From positions 29,596 through 93,595 of the IMG/VR virus record IMGVR_UViG_3300024999_000004: DNA of 64,000 nt, one strand, 5' to 3'. Shown here piece by piece: positions 35,751 through 45,503 of this stretch. This stretch comes from a virus. The position numbers and the translations under genes are program-made. The first letter of the stretch is position 1, and each line of letters opens with the position of its first letter. The notes beneath the pieces were generated by a model that was given only the letters and a program-made list of their open reading frames with translations, had not been told where the DNA came from and searched no databases.

Positions 35751-37415
35751 TTGCCTGAACAAAGTAGCACCCCCCTTATCTTGCCTCCCTACATGAAAAC
35801 AACCCCCTTCAAGCACCAGGAAGAAGGCATCGGCTTCGCGGAAGGGAAGAACTTCTTTGCCTACTTCCTTGAGCAGGGGTTGGGGAAGACTAAGCTGATC
35901 ATTGATCAGGCAACAAAACTCTTTCAAGAAGGCAAGATTGATGCCGTGCTGTACATAGGACCCTCCACCATTTGCTCCCAGTTCATTAACGAGCAGCTCC
36001 CTCTCCACTCTGCGATCCCTTACGACGTGCTCATGTTCAAGAAGGGAGGAACGAAGAAGTTCGACAACGCCTTCAGGTTGTTCCTCGAAGCTGATTCCAG
36101 ATCAGAAGGCAAGCTGAAGTGGCTTGTCACCAACACGGAAGGCTTCTCACGGGATACCTATATTCCGTACATGCGCTTCTTTCTGAAAGGTAACACATCA
36201 CTTGTGATCATCGATGAGGCGCACGGTGTGAAATGTCCCTCCGCACAGCGCACAAAAAACATAATTCAGGGCCTCTCCACCATCACGAAGCTCGGAAACA
36301 GGGTAACAAAGGTAGCCCCTCTCTCGGCCTACCGCGCCGTCCTGACGGGTACTCCCGTTGCCAATACTCCTTTTGATCTGTATTCGGTATTTGAATTCCT
36401 GCAACCCGGATTCTGGGGAATGCCGTTCTCCTCATTCAAGAGCCGCTATGGCCTTGAACGCACGGATACTGTGCCGGGCGGAGCTAAAATCTTCAGGCGC
36501 AAACTTTCCTTGAAGGAAATGAAGTTCATCCGCTCCGCAGCGGCCCGCAACGTCCCCCTCGACAAGATATCCATGATGTACATGGTAAGTTCACAGGATG
36601 TCGCCTACTTGTTGCAGCACCCCGATGTTCAGACCCCGTTCAAGAACCTTCCCGAGCTGAAGGCAAGGATTGCGCCGTATGCCTTCATCAGGAAAAAGAT
36701 TGATTGCCTCGACCTCCCTGAGAAACTGTACGAGAAAGTCTACGTTGAAATGAACGCGGAACAAATTTCATTGTATGCCAAGATGGTGGACGACCTTGAG
36801 GCGGAATACGAGGGCGTGGAGATGACGGCCTTGAATTCCCTTACCCTCCTCGTCAGGTTGGCGCAGATAACCAGCGGGTTCATGCCGCGTAGTGCTACGG
36901 CTGTAGGGGACGAACCCACGGTTCAGATAGGCAAGTCCAACCCCAAGATCGACGCCCTTCTTGAACAGATGGAGGAGTACGCGGAATTCCCGGCTATCGT
37001 TGTCGGGCATTTTGTCGCGGAGATACATCTTGCGGCGGAACAAATAAAAGCCAGATTCCCCGATCTTGTCGTGGAAGTCATGACCGGAACCGTCTCCCAG
37101 GAAGACAGGACGGACATCCTTGAACGGTTCAAGGAGGGGGACGTGGATGTTCTGTGCGGGACGCAACGGGTCATTGGAACAGGCTTGAACCTGCAACGAA
37201 GCTCCATAGAGTATACCCTCTCCAATTCCTATTCCTTCATCGACCGCGCTCAGACTGAAGACCGCATCCACAGGCCAGGGCAAGAGCATGCCTGCACCTA
37301 CGTTGACTTCATAGCAGAGGGAACCGTTGACGAGAGGATCTACGAAGTCCTGCTCCAGAAAAAAGACCTTCTTGACTACATGCGGGGGAAGTCGTTTGCG
37401 GAGTTCTTGCGGTAG
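35751..37415 (+). CDS. SNF2-family (SF2) helicase
   Basis: EQGLGKT, DEAH, LTGTP, GTGLNL and QTEDRIHRPGQ motifs. Confidence 0.93.
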   Translation: MPEQSSTPLILPPYMKTTPFKHQEEGIGFAEGKNFFAYFLEQGLGKTKLIIDQATKLFQEGKIDAVLYIGPSTICSQFINEQLPLHSAIPYDVLMFKKGGTKKFDNAFRLFLEADSRSEGKLKWLVTNTEGFSRDTYIPYMRFFLKGNTSLVIIDEAHGVKCPSAQRTKNIIQGLSTITKLGNRVTKVAPLSAYRAVLTGTPVANTPFDLYSVFEFLQPGFWGMPFSSFKSRYGLERTDTVPGGAKIFRRKLSLKEMKFIRSAAARNVPLDKISMMYMVSSQDVAYLLQHPDVQTPFKNLPELKARIAPYAFIRKKIDCLDLPEKLYEKVYVEMNAEQISLYAKMVDDLEAEYEGVEMTALNSLTLLVRLAQITSGFMPRSATAVGDEPTVQIGKSNPKIDALLEQMEEYAEFPAIVVGHFVAEIHLAAEQIKARFPDLVVEVMTGTVSQEDRTDILERFKEGDVDVLCGTQRVIGTGLNLQRSSIEYTLSNSYSFIDRAQTEDRIHRPGQEHACTYVDFIAEGTVDERIYEVLLQKKDLLDYMRGKSFAEFLR

Positions 37416-37437
37416 TGCGGATTCGGAGGCAAGGGTA

Positions 37438-37466
37438 TTGACTTTACTGACAATACATGATACTAT
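37438..37466 (+). promoter_or_regulatory. sigma70 promoter
   Basis: TTGACT-17-TACTAT with TG. Confidence 0.75.
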
Positions 37467-37487
37467 AGCAACGGATAGGAGACCGAC

Positions 37488-37748
37488 ATGAAAGAAGATC
37501 GGAGCATGGGTGGCGTGTGCATCATGGAGCCCCCGGACTGGGATGGAACCTTCTATCTTGAAGGCATTTCAAAAGTGAAGAAAGGCGACGTATTTTTTGT
37601 TGTGGAGCCTGGATACCCTGAAGGATACATGAGTACGCTTCGAAGGGCGGAGGAAGACGCAAGAGAGGTCGAAACCATATTGAGAGACGGAACAAGGGTG
37701 TCTTCATGGCACGTCAAGACAGACCCTAATTTCCAGTCAAACTTTTAA
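37488..37748 (+). CDS. Hypothetical protein
   Basis: AGGAG SD. Confidence 0.6.
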   Translation: MKEDRSMGGVCIMEPPDWDGTFYLEGISKVKKGDVFFVVEPGYPEGYMSTLRRAEEDAREVETILRDGTRVSSWHVKTDPNFQSNF

Positions 37749-37758
37749 GGAGATCAAT

Positions 37759-38364
37759 ATGAACAAGACAAAGCCGAGTACAAAGAAACCCCGAGCAGCA
37801 AGAAAAGCCAAGAAAACCGTAGCCCCCGACCTCTCCTTCCTCGACGATTCCGCCCAAACCCTGACCGCCAAGGACGAGCTTCTCGATTACGTCCACGCCC
37901 TTGAGAAGATGGACGCGGAAGTCCTCCTTGCCTCCGATCGCTTATCCGAAATCAAAGCAAGACGCGAGAACTTCGTAAGAAATGTACTCCCCCTTGCCAT
38001 GCAGGGATTCGACGAGATCAAGCTGGAAGGCGGAAAATCCCTGACAATCAAGGAAAAGCTGTATGCGAAGGTCCCCGAGGACCCGTTCAAGAAGCAGGCG
38101 GTGTTCAAGTGGCTGCGCAAGAACGGCGGCGGACCCAAGATCCAGAAGGAACTGGTGGTTGACGATCCGTCCGAAGATACGATAAAGTTGCTCTTCGAGA
38201 GCGGCGTGGGATTCACGCCCAAGGAATTCGTGCATCCGGCGTCCTTGACGGCCTTCCTGAAGGAAGTCCTGGGGCTGAAGAAGAACTCGATAGCTACGGT
38301 AGCCATTGCGGATGTTCCGAAGGAACTCAATCTGTTCATTGTAAGGGAGGCGGAGCTTGGGTGA
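37759..38364 (+). CDS. Conserved replication-module protein that typically precedes the phage SSB
   Basis: LP.AM...KLEGG; FKWLR.NG; VHP.SL.AF.KE motifs. Confidence 0.7.
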   Translation: MNKTKPSTKKPRAARKAKKTVAPDLSFLDDSAQTLTAKDELLDYVHALEKMDAEVLLASDRLSEIKARRENFVRNVLPLAMQGFDEIKLEGGKSLTIKEKLYAKVPEDPFKKQAVFKWLRKNGGGPKIQKELVVDDPSEDTIKLLFESGVGFTPKEFVHPASLTAFLKEVLGLKKNSIATVAIADVPKELNLFIVREAELG

Positions 38365-38620
38365 CTCAAGTACGGGAGGAGGTGTGTTGGTGGTTGTTTT
38401 GGTGGCTCTTGGCGGTATTGCTCTGGTAGGGGCGTTATCACTTTTCTCTGGAACGTTTGTCTGGCTTCTGTGGCCTGTGGCAATACCCGCAGCCTTCCCT
38501 GCTCTCGTGGAAAGCGGAGTCCTTGCGGCCAAGCTGTCTTGGTGGGCGAGCGTTTGTTTGTCGTGGATATTTGGGCTGCTTGTGAAGGCAAGTCAATCAG
38601 TCAGCGCCAAGACAAAGTAA
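38357..38620 (+). CDS. Small membrane protein
   Basis: Two to three hydrophobic segments. Confidence 0.6.
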   Translation: MGDSSTGGGVLVVVLVALGGIALVGALSLFSGTFVWLLWPVAIPAAFPALVESGVLAAKLSWWASVCLSWIFGLLVKASQSVSAKTK

Positions 38621-38627
38621 GGTACCT

Positions 38628-38699
38628 GCGGCCATAGGCAAGCGGTCAAGCCGGGTGTCTGCAAAACACCTATCCCCGGTTCGACTCCGGGTGGTCGTT
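38628..38699 (+). tRNA. tRNA-Cys(GCA)
   Basis: Cloverleaf: GCGGCCA/TGGTCGT acceptor; GGTGT-CTGCAAA-ACACC; CCCGG-TTCGACT-CCGGG; no encoded CCA. Confidence 0.9.
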
Positions 38700-38704
38700 A
38701 TCTT

Positions 38705-38786
38705 GCTCCGGTATCCCGTAATCGGAAGCGGACCTGACTGTAAATCAGGCGCAATCGCTCAGGGGGTTCGACTCCCTCACGGAGCA
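38705..38786 (+). tRNA. tRNA-Tyr(GTA)
   Basis: CCTGA-CTGTAAA-TCAGG anticodon arm; long variable arm; GGGGG-TTCGACT-CCCTC; one acceptor mismatch. Confidence 0.85.
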
Positions 38787-38799
38787 TCCCTATTTTATT

Positions 38800-39044
38800 C
38801 GGAGGACAAGCGGCGGGCCGGGCGGTTCCGTGGGCTTGTGGTGGCTCAGACCCACCGTCTTCCAGAGCCTGCGTATGCATGGAACAAGTGACTTGTTGAA
38901 GGCAAGCCGCCCATGTATCAAGGGCACCGTGGCACCGGGCAGACGGTGCATACATTCTCAAGGGAACTAGGTGTTGCGGCGCACACACGGAAACGATACT
39001 AGTTGACGCTCGTGAGGAGAAGGGTTCGACTCCCTTCATTCCCA
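38800..39044 (+). ncRNA. Candidate structured ncRNA ending in a tRNA-like T-arm and acceptor
   Basis: Stems GGGCGG/CCGCCC, GGTGG/CCACC, AACAAGT/ACTTGTT, GCACCGT/ACGGTGC, AACTAG/CTAGTT; AAGGG-TTCGACT-CCCTT-CATTCCCA. Confidence 0.55.
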
Positions 39045-39065
39045 TAGGCCTAGGAGGGCCACTAT

Positions 39066-39314
39066 ATGCACTACAGGAACGGAAGAGAAGCCAAAAACGG
39101 AGACAAGATCGTATCATTGGGTTTCAACGGAGGGAACGTCACGGCATTCGGTGTGCTATACGACGCGGTACCGGGAAACGATTTCTGCAACGGGAACATC
39201 GCCCCCGCGCAGGCGTCGAAGGAAGGAGCGTGCATGTGTGACTGTCTGCACGTAGACGACATTTCCGCCATGCTTGCTGAAAAGGGACTCGATAAGCGTC
39301 CGGAAGGAAAATAG
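39066..39314 (+). CDS. Conserved small phage protein (MHYRNGREAKNGD)
   Basis: AGGAGG SD; DFCNG...CMCDCLHVDD. Confidence 0.8.
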   Translation: MHYRNGREAKNGDKIVSLGFNGGNVTAFGVLYDAVPGNDFCNGNIAPAQASKEGACMCDCLHVDDISAMLAEKGLDKRPEGK

Positions 39315-39354
39315 ACTTGTGTTGCCCCGGTAATACGGGGCGTTAATGAAGATT

Positions 39355-39426
39355 GCGGAATTAGTTCAGAGGCAGAACACTGGCCTTCCAAGTCAGTTGT
39401 CATCGGTTCGATCCCGATATTCCGCT
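39355..39426 (+). tRNA. tRNA-Gly(TCC)
   Basis: GCGGAAT/ATTCCGC acceptor; CTGGC-CTTCCAA-GTCAG; ATCGG-TTCGATC-CCGAT. Confidence 0.92.
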
Positions 39427-39510
39427 TCTACAAAGGAGGTCGCCCTTCAGAATTTCCGGTTCCTCCCCTAGAGGAGGAAATAAGCCCTAATTTGTTACAA
39501 AGGAACCAGA

Positions 39511-40392
39511 ATGGCAAAAGCCAAAGCTACCAACACGCAAGAACCCAAAGCAACCACGGAAGACCAGAAATTCGCCGACGCCCTCGCCAAAGAAGCCGCC
39601 GCTGCGGCTGCAGACTCCGATTTCCTCGACGACAGCGCGGGACAGGGATACGAGGATGTCAGGTCCAAGACTCCGATGCTCAAGATCCTCATCGCCACTT
39701 CCCCGCAGGTCAATGAGGAGGACAAAGAAGAGTACATTCCGGGAGCCAAGCCCGGATACTTTTTCAACACCGTGACGAAGAAGGTGTACAAGGAACTTAC
39801 CTGCTCCATTGTCCTTGCCAAGAGAGCGTGGACCCTCTGGGTCCCGAAAGAAGACGGCGGAGGATTCAAGGGTCGCGTGGCTCCGGATTCCATCCGTGTT
39901 ACCGGAAGTTTCTACAAGAAGGATAAGGAAGGCGCTTTTTCCGATGAGGGATACGAGGTTCACGACACCATAGAAATCTACGTTCTCGTCAAAGGCGAGG
40001 AGAAGGATGGCCCTGTCCTGTTCCCCTTCACCAAGGGGCATATCCCCCATGCGGATAGGTGGCTCCAAGCAAATCGCCTCGTAAAGACACCCAAGGGCAA
40101 CGTACCTCCGCTCTGGGGATCGTACTGGAGAATCTGGGCTTCCTTGAACAAAGCAAACATAAAAGGCACGGGTCCGACCCAGTGGTACCACATCGGAAAC
40201 GATGAGGCCAAGACCACGAACTGCGAGTGGGTGCGCTTCATCAGCAAAACCGAGAATCTGGAGTTCGTGCAGCCCAACCTCAAGTTCCTTGAGTCGGCGG
40301 CGAAGTTCCAGATGCGGGGGGCGGGGGCTCCGAGGCTTCTTACGGACAGCACGCCCGAGGATGGCGCGGATGGGGAGAACGTTCCGTTCTAG
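39511..40392 (+). CDS. Putative phage single-stranded DNA-binding protein
   Basis: P.LKIL...SPQV...YIPGAKPG.FFN; W.PK..GGGF; acidic tail ending DGENVPF; replication context. Confidence 0.7.
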   Translation: MAKAKATNTQEPKATTEDQKFADALAKEAAAAAADSDFLDDSAGQGYEDVRSKTPMLKILIATSPQVNEEDKEEYIPGAKPGYFFNTVTKKVYKELTCSIVLAKRAWTLWVPKEDGGGFKGRVAPDSIRVTGSFYKKDKEGAFSDEGYEVHDTIEIYVLVKGEEKDGPVLFPFTKGHIPHADRWLQANRLVKTPKGNVPPLWGSYWRIWASLNKANIKGTGPTQWYHIGNDEAKTTNCEWVRFISKTENLEFVQPNLKFLESAAKFQMRGAGAPRLLTDSTPEDGADGENVPF

Positions 40393-40455
40393 TTTGTAGC
40401 CTTTCCGGAGGCTTCCTTCTTTGCAAGGAGTCTCCGGATTTCCGAAGGAGGAAAA

Positions 40456-40740
40456 ATGTACTACCCCCGAAGCTATCTTGAATTCTTCCTTTTGTTCCAC
40501 AAACAGAAAAAGTATCTTGTGTTTCGTAGGGAGGCAGCAAGCCACGACATTCCTTTGGTGTTCTGGTTTGAGCAAACGTCAACAGCACAGCGGAGGGAGC
40601 TGGAGTGGGTCATGGACCGTGTTGTTTCTGCGGAAGGAATTTTTGTAGGACATTTTGTTCCGGAAGGCTACGAGGAAGTGCATAGTTTGTCCGAAGAAGC
40701 CATAAAGCTTCTGACTTCCGAGCCTTCCCTTGACGACTAA
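40456..40740 (+). CDS. Hypothetical protein
   Basis: AGGAGG SD. Confidence 0.6.
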   Translation: MYYPRSYLEFFLLFHKQKKYLVFRREAASHDIPLVFWFEQTSTAQRRELEWVMDRVVSAEGIFVGHFVPEGYEEVHSLSEEAIKLLTSEPSLDD

Positions 40741-40881
40741 TATGTGCTAAACTGAAGATCGTTCCCGAAGGCAGGAGTTTCTTGCCTGAGTTTCCCAAAG
40801 GTGGGGCTCCTGCCTTCTCGTCTCCAAAGGAGTGATTTCAAGTTATGCGCACCCTAATATTGACCCAAAGGCCCCTATAAC

Positions 40882-42588
40882 ATGCCCGCAGCATCCCCCA
40901 TAGAAGTAGATTCGTTCATGCGCCTGTTCCACGGAAGGGAGTCCGCCTACGGCGTCCACGTACCTTCCGGGGAGATTGACGCGAACGGAAAACAGAAAGG
41001 CCTGAACAAAACCGTGACGGCATGGGTCAGTCCGGAGATGTACTCCAAGCACCTGTACGGACTCGCTGGCATAGGCATCATCCCCATAAATGAGCAGGAC
41101 CAATGCTTCTTCGGAGCCATCGATGTGGACGAGGAGCAGTATTCAGAGTCTCCCCAGCAGGCTGCGGAGGTAAAAAAGCCGAAAGGGAGGCCTAAAGCTG
41201 TACAAGAGGCTCCTCCTGCCGAAGCGATTCAGTCCTCCCCCGCAACTTCGGCAGGCCTCAACGCAAAACAAATGAAGGTCGTGGACATCCTCTATCGAAC
41301 GGGTATGCCCCTTCTCCCCTTCAGGTCAAAATCGGGGGGCCTGCATCTTTTCATGTTCTTTGCGGAGGCTACCCCCGCTTCAGTTGTCATTCCGATATTG
41401 CAGGAATTCCGGGATCTCCTGGGTCTTCCGGTCAAGACAGAGATATTTCCCAAACAACGCTCGGTCAACGGAGGCACAGGCAACTGGATCAACCTACCTT
41501 ATTTCGGGGAATCCAACAGGAAAATGATAGATTCCGAAGGGAATTTGGTGGAGTCTTTCCATGATGCATTGGCTTTGATGGAGCAGAACCGGACGAGCGA
41601 GGAGATCCTCACCCGCTTTATGAGGGAGCTTCCGTTTTCCGACGGGCCTCCGTGTCTTCAAATCCTGACCCTGCAGCAGTCCATGGAAAACTGGAATAAT
41701 TTTTTGTTCTCCGTTGCCCGTTATTACAAATCAAAAACAGGGACCTTCGAAGAACAGGTACGGGAGATGAACGCGGCTATCCCCGTACCGATCCCGGATC
41801 ACACTCTTGAGGCAACCATATTTTCTTCCCATAGGAAGAGGGATTATTCCTATAAATGCAAGGACGCACCCCTTTTCGCCGTATGCAACAAAAGCAAGTG
41901 CAAGGAGAGGATGTACGGAATCGGTGGCTCGGAGGTAAGTGATCTGAGCTTCGGGGCCATGACGCAACATCTCACGGAAGATGTGCCTGTATACACATGG
42001 ATAATCAACGGCAAGGAGTTCAAATTCTTCTCCGAAAGCGAGATCATCAAGCAGGATTCGTTCATCGAGCAAAGCTTCCGTCAGCTTCACAAGAAGCCTC
42101 CGAAACTCAAGAGCTTCCAGTGGGACAAGATCATGCAGACTGCGCTTGACAATTGCGAGGTCGTGGCTTCCGATCCCACGAATACCTTTGACGACGTATC
42201 GACTTTGCGCGAGTATATTGCCGAATACTTGATGGAACTTCCCTCGGGAGTGAGCAAGAAGCATCTGCGGGTGGGAAGGACATGGCGCGAGTACAGCGAA
42301 GAGTACAAGGACAATATCTACATATTCAGCCCCAAGGAGCTGAAGAAGTTCATATTCACGGACAAGCAATTCCGTGCGTACACACCCACTCAATTGGCAG
42401 CAAAACTCGTGGAGATGGGAGCAACGCACCGCAAGATGTTCATAGATGAAGAGGCACCGAACTTGACGGTGTGGATAATGCCGGAGAGGTCGCTGGAGAA
42501 CTACAACGTGAAGAAGATCAAGATGGGAGAGGATGAAGTGGATTTCTCGTATCTTGATAAAGAGGGAGAGGGGAAGACGGAGTTCTAA
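40882..42588 (+). CDS. AEP-family DNA primase with a PriL-like Cys region
   Basis: FGAIDVD, RSKSGGLH, EIFPKQ, GNWINLPYF, GPPCL and YKC...C...C motifs. Confidence 0.85.
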   Translation: MPAASPIEVDSFMRLFHGRESAYGVHVPSGEIDANGKQKGLNKTVTAWVSPEMYSKHLYGLAGIGIIPINEQDQCFFGAIDVDEEQYSESPQQAAEVKKPKGRPKAVQEAPPAEAIQSSPATSAGLNAKQMKVVDILYRTGMPLLPFRSKSGGLHLFMFFAEATPASVVIPILQEFRDLLGLPVKTEIFPKQRSVNGGTGNWINLPYFGESNRKMIDSEGNLVESFHDALALMEQNRTSEEILTRFMRELPFSDGPPCLQILTLQQSMENWNNFLFSVARYYKSKTGTFEEQVREMNAAIPVPIPDHTLEATIFSSHRKRDYSYKCKDAPLFAVCNKSKCKERMYGIGGSEVSDLSFGAMTQHLTEDVPVYTWIINGKEFKFFSESEIIKQDSFIEQSFRQLHKKPPKLKSFQWDKIMQTALDNCEVVASDPTNTFDDVSTLREYIAEYLMELPSGVSKKHLRVGRTWREYSEEYKDNIYIFSPKELKKFIFTDKQFRAYTPTQLAAKLVEMGATHRKMFIDEEAPNLTVWIMPERSLENYNVKKIKMGEDEVDFSYLDKEGEGKTEF

Positions 42589-42610
42589 GCCCTGCGGGGG
42601 AGGAGAAGAC

Positions 42611-43495
42611 ATGATAAAGTACAAAGCAAGCTACTACTGGCAACCAAAAATAGAAAAAGTTCTTGTGGAAAGAGAAACAGTAAATTCCGTATGGGTAAAA
42701 GGCAGGAGGGAGGCCAAAGCAACCCAGAGCCATATCTTCTTGGCCACTTTCGAAGAAGCTAAAGACTTTTTGGAAGGCGTGTTTGCAGAGAAAGCGGAGA
42801 CTGCACGAAGAAGGCTGCACGAAGCAAACGACACATTAGGGAGAGCAAAGGCACTTAAAGAAGAGGGGGAGGAGAAGTCATGACCGACAAAGAACAGCAG
42901 GCAAAAGATAATTATGACTTGGCGTGGAAAGATTGGTACTACTGGTCTATGTTCGACGAGGAAGGACAAAAAGAAGCAAAGAAGAGGCTAGACGAAGCGG
43001 GCAAAGAACTCATGCGCATCAAAGGAACCCTGGCATGAAATCCTGCAATAACTGCCCAAGTAAACCTGCGGACAATCTGTGTGTTCAGTACCTTGGAGAA
43101 GCCTGCGGATGGAAGTGGATGAACAGGACCGATGAGTCGGCAGACAATTGTCATTATAATTACACGGAAGAGAGCGAAAATGATCCTTATGCGTATATAC
43201 GAAAGAAAGGAGACTTAAAATGAAGAGCATCTGGAAGTTCCCTATAGACCTCCTCGATAGACAAGAAATATCACTCCCCTCAGACGCACGGATTCTTTGC
43301 GTCCAGACTCAGAGCGGCCTTCCCTTCATGTGGGCTAAGGTTGATACGGAAGCACAAAAGGAGAAGCGGACGTTTCGTTTGATCGGGACCGGGCACCCTA
43401 TTGAAGATGATTCCCTGTCTTATATCGGAACGTTTCAAATATATAATGGCTCTTTGGTGTTTCATTTGTTCGAAGAAACGTCGCCTTTTGGTTGA
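42611..43495 (+). CDS. Small hypothetical proteins (42611..42883, 43035..43223, 43220..43495)
   Basis: SDs; the last has the common phage motif IWKFP...GTGH...YIGTFQ...VFHLFE. Confidence 0.65.
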
Positions 43496-43520
43496 CATTA
43501 CGCACAATATATGATAGACT
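43492..43520 (+). promoter_or_regulatory. sigma70 promoter
   Basis: TTGACA-17-TAGACT with TG. Confidence 0.8.
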
Positions 43521-43540
43521 AGCGCGCAAAGGAATACAAC

Positions 43541-44122
43541 TTGTATGCAGGGATAGGCGGAAACCGGAAGCTGTGGACTGATTGTGAGGTGACGGCTGTG
43601 GAGCTGGACCCCGCTATTGCGGAAGTCTATTCCAAGCTATACCCTCAAGATGAAGTGATCGTTGCAGACGCCCACGAGTTTTTGGAGAAACATTTCTCAG
43701 AATACGCTTTCATCTGGGCTTCCCCTCCTTGTCCTTCCCCTGGGCAATATCGCCACAACGTAGGGGTGCTCGGGAAAGGCTTCGACCCCATCATGCCCGA
43801 TATGAAGCTGTATGCGGAGATTGTGTTCCTTTCCACATATCACAAAGGATTCTTTGTTGTCGAGAACGTCAAGCCTTATTACGAGCCTTTGATCCCTCCG
43901 TCCTTCGAGCTTCAGCGCCATCTTTTCTGGTCCAATTTCAAGGTAGGTCACGCTGATTTTGAGGGAAGCAAGATACGCAGCAAGAACAAAATCTCCGATT
44001 TCGATGGTTACGAAATCGTCAGGGACAGCAAGATCGGGAACAAACGACAGGTGCTGCGCAATTGCGTGGACCCTCTTGTGGGGAAGCACATCTTCGATGA
44101 GCTGGGCAAGGCACGGTTTTAG
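43541..44122 (+). CDS. Short C5-cytosine DNA methyltransferase (N-terminus possibly truncated)
   Basis: YAGIGG (motif I), WASPPC (IV), VVENV (VI), QRH and RNCV. Confidence 0.8.
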   Translation: MYAGIGGNRKLWTDCEVTAVELDPAIAEVYSKLYPQDEVIVADAHEFLEKHFSEYAFIWASPPCPSPGQYRHNVGVLGKGFDPIMPDMKLYAEIVFLSTYHKGFFVVENVKPYYEPLIPPSFELQRHLFWSNFKVGHADFEGSKIRSKNKISDFDGYEIVRDSKIGNKRQVLRNCVDPLVGKHIFDELGKARF

Positions 44123-44353
44123 GTATGAAACAACCACTCCTCCCCGGACATCACTACCAAACCCTTCCCGGTCTCGAAGCCGCCATAGGCAAAGACCTCC
44201 CCTCCCATAGCGTCTCAATAGACCGCGTGAAATTCTACGCTCTCGACGTATTTCCTTCCTACGTCCTCGCCGACATTCCCTTCATCCCTGTTCCCGTGAA
44301 GATCCCGAACGCCTTCGTATCCCAATTGAATCCCTCCACAAGGAGTCAAAATC

Positions 44354-45502
44354 TTGAGGAAGCCTGACACCCCCGAAGCTCCTCCCGAGCGCCGAAATTC
44401 CGTACTGACAAAAATCTTCGCCTTCTGCCTCGTGGCCCTCGGAACCCCCCTTGAGGCGTACTATTATTGGTACTCCCTGACGAAAGAAGGGGCTCCGACG
44501 CCAGTGGCGTTGATGTCTGCCTGTGCCCTCATCCTGCTTCTTTCTGTTGCTGTGTATTGCTCCAAGTACTCCTCAAAGTGGTACCTTCTTGCCTTCTTTG
44601 TCGCAATCTACAGCGTATCCGCCACTTCGACGGGTCAAGGAATTGCCTTTGTAGAGTCCTCCGTAGGCAAGAAGAACGCAGCAACGAGTATCTCTTACGC
44701 GGAAGCTGATATTGCGGCTCTGCAGAGGGACAAGGAACGGGTAGAGACAGAATATGAAAGGCTGGACGAACAGTGGAAGTTCAACGAAGAGGAAATCACC
44801 GACAAGAGATTGTCGATAAAATCTCTTGATGTAGTCTATCCTGCCCTAACGGATACGGCGGAAGGAATAAGCCGAAAGCCTGAGCGCGACTCCAACCGTC
44901 TGCAAAGACGTGACCTTGACAGAAGCGTTCTTGCTTTGGAGAAAACAAATAAAACATTGCTTGCGCAGAAGGAACAAAGAATCCTTGAAATAGAAGCAAT
45001 CAAAGAAAGGGAAGACGCCAAACGTGCTGAGTTGGCCTCAAGCAATATAGAGGAGTCCTACGATATCTACGGCTACTATTCCGATATTCTCAGCGGAAAA
45101 CTTCCGCCAGAGGAGTTATTGCGTTTGGTGCGCCACCTTTTCCTCAGCCTTCTGCTCATGCTTCTCTCGCCTGTGGGAGTCAAGTTGTGGGAGAGCGGGC
45201 AAGGAGGGGCTCCTGCTATGGTCACAAAGGAAAAAAGGAAATTCTTTTGGCAAAATAAAAAAGAGGACAAGATTACAAAGAAGGAGCCTCGGGCAAGCAG
45301 CACAATAGTGCTGAATCGAGCGGACCTCTGGGCCATGCTCCCCGATCCCGCGCCTCTTCGGGCGGCGGCGAAAGCGGTGGGGGTTTCGCACACGTTGTTG
45401 TATGATTCAGCCGCTGTGGGGGCTCTTCGCATTGTGGGGAATCCGAAGAAGGTGGAGAAGAAGGAGTTGCTGAGGTTCATGGAGGGGAGGAAAAGGAGTT
45501 AA
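44354..45502 (+). CDS. Multi-TM coiled-coil protein with a C-terminal HTH-like segment
   Basis: Three N-terminal TMs; coiled coil; a further TM; LRAAAKAVGVSHTLLY. Confidence 0.65.
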   Translation: MRKPDTPEAPPERRNSVLTKIFAFCLVALGTPLEAYYYWYSLTKEGAPTPVALMSACALILLLSVAVYCSKYSSKWYLLAFFVAIYSVSATSTGQGIAFVESSVGKKNAATSISYAEADIAALQRDKERVETEYERLDEQWKFNEEEITDKRLSIKSLDVVYPALTDTAEGISRKPERDSNRLQRRDLDRSVLALEKTNKTLLAQKEQRILEIEAIKEREDAKRAELASSNIEESYDIYGYYSDILSGKLPPEELLRLVRHLFLSLLLMLLSPVGVKLWESGQGGAPAMVTKEKRKFFWQNKKEDKITKKEPRASSTIVLNRADLWAMLPDPAPLRAAAKAVGVSHTLLYDSAAVGALRIVGNPKKVEKKELLRFMEGRKRS

Positions 45503-45503
45503 T

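Noticed and set aside
38800-39044. tmRNA or amber-suppressor tRNA with genetic-code reassignment
   Set aside because: No tag ORF or tmRNA 5' end; CTA is not in a canonical 7-nt loop; genes read intact in code 11 with all three stops used.
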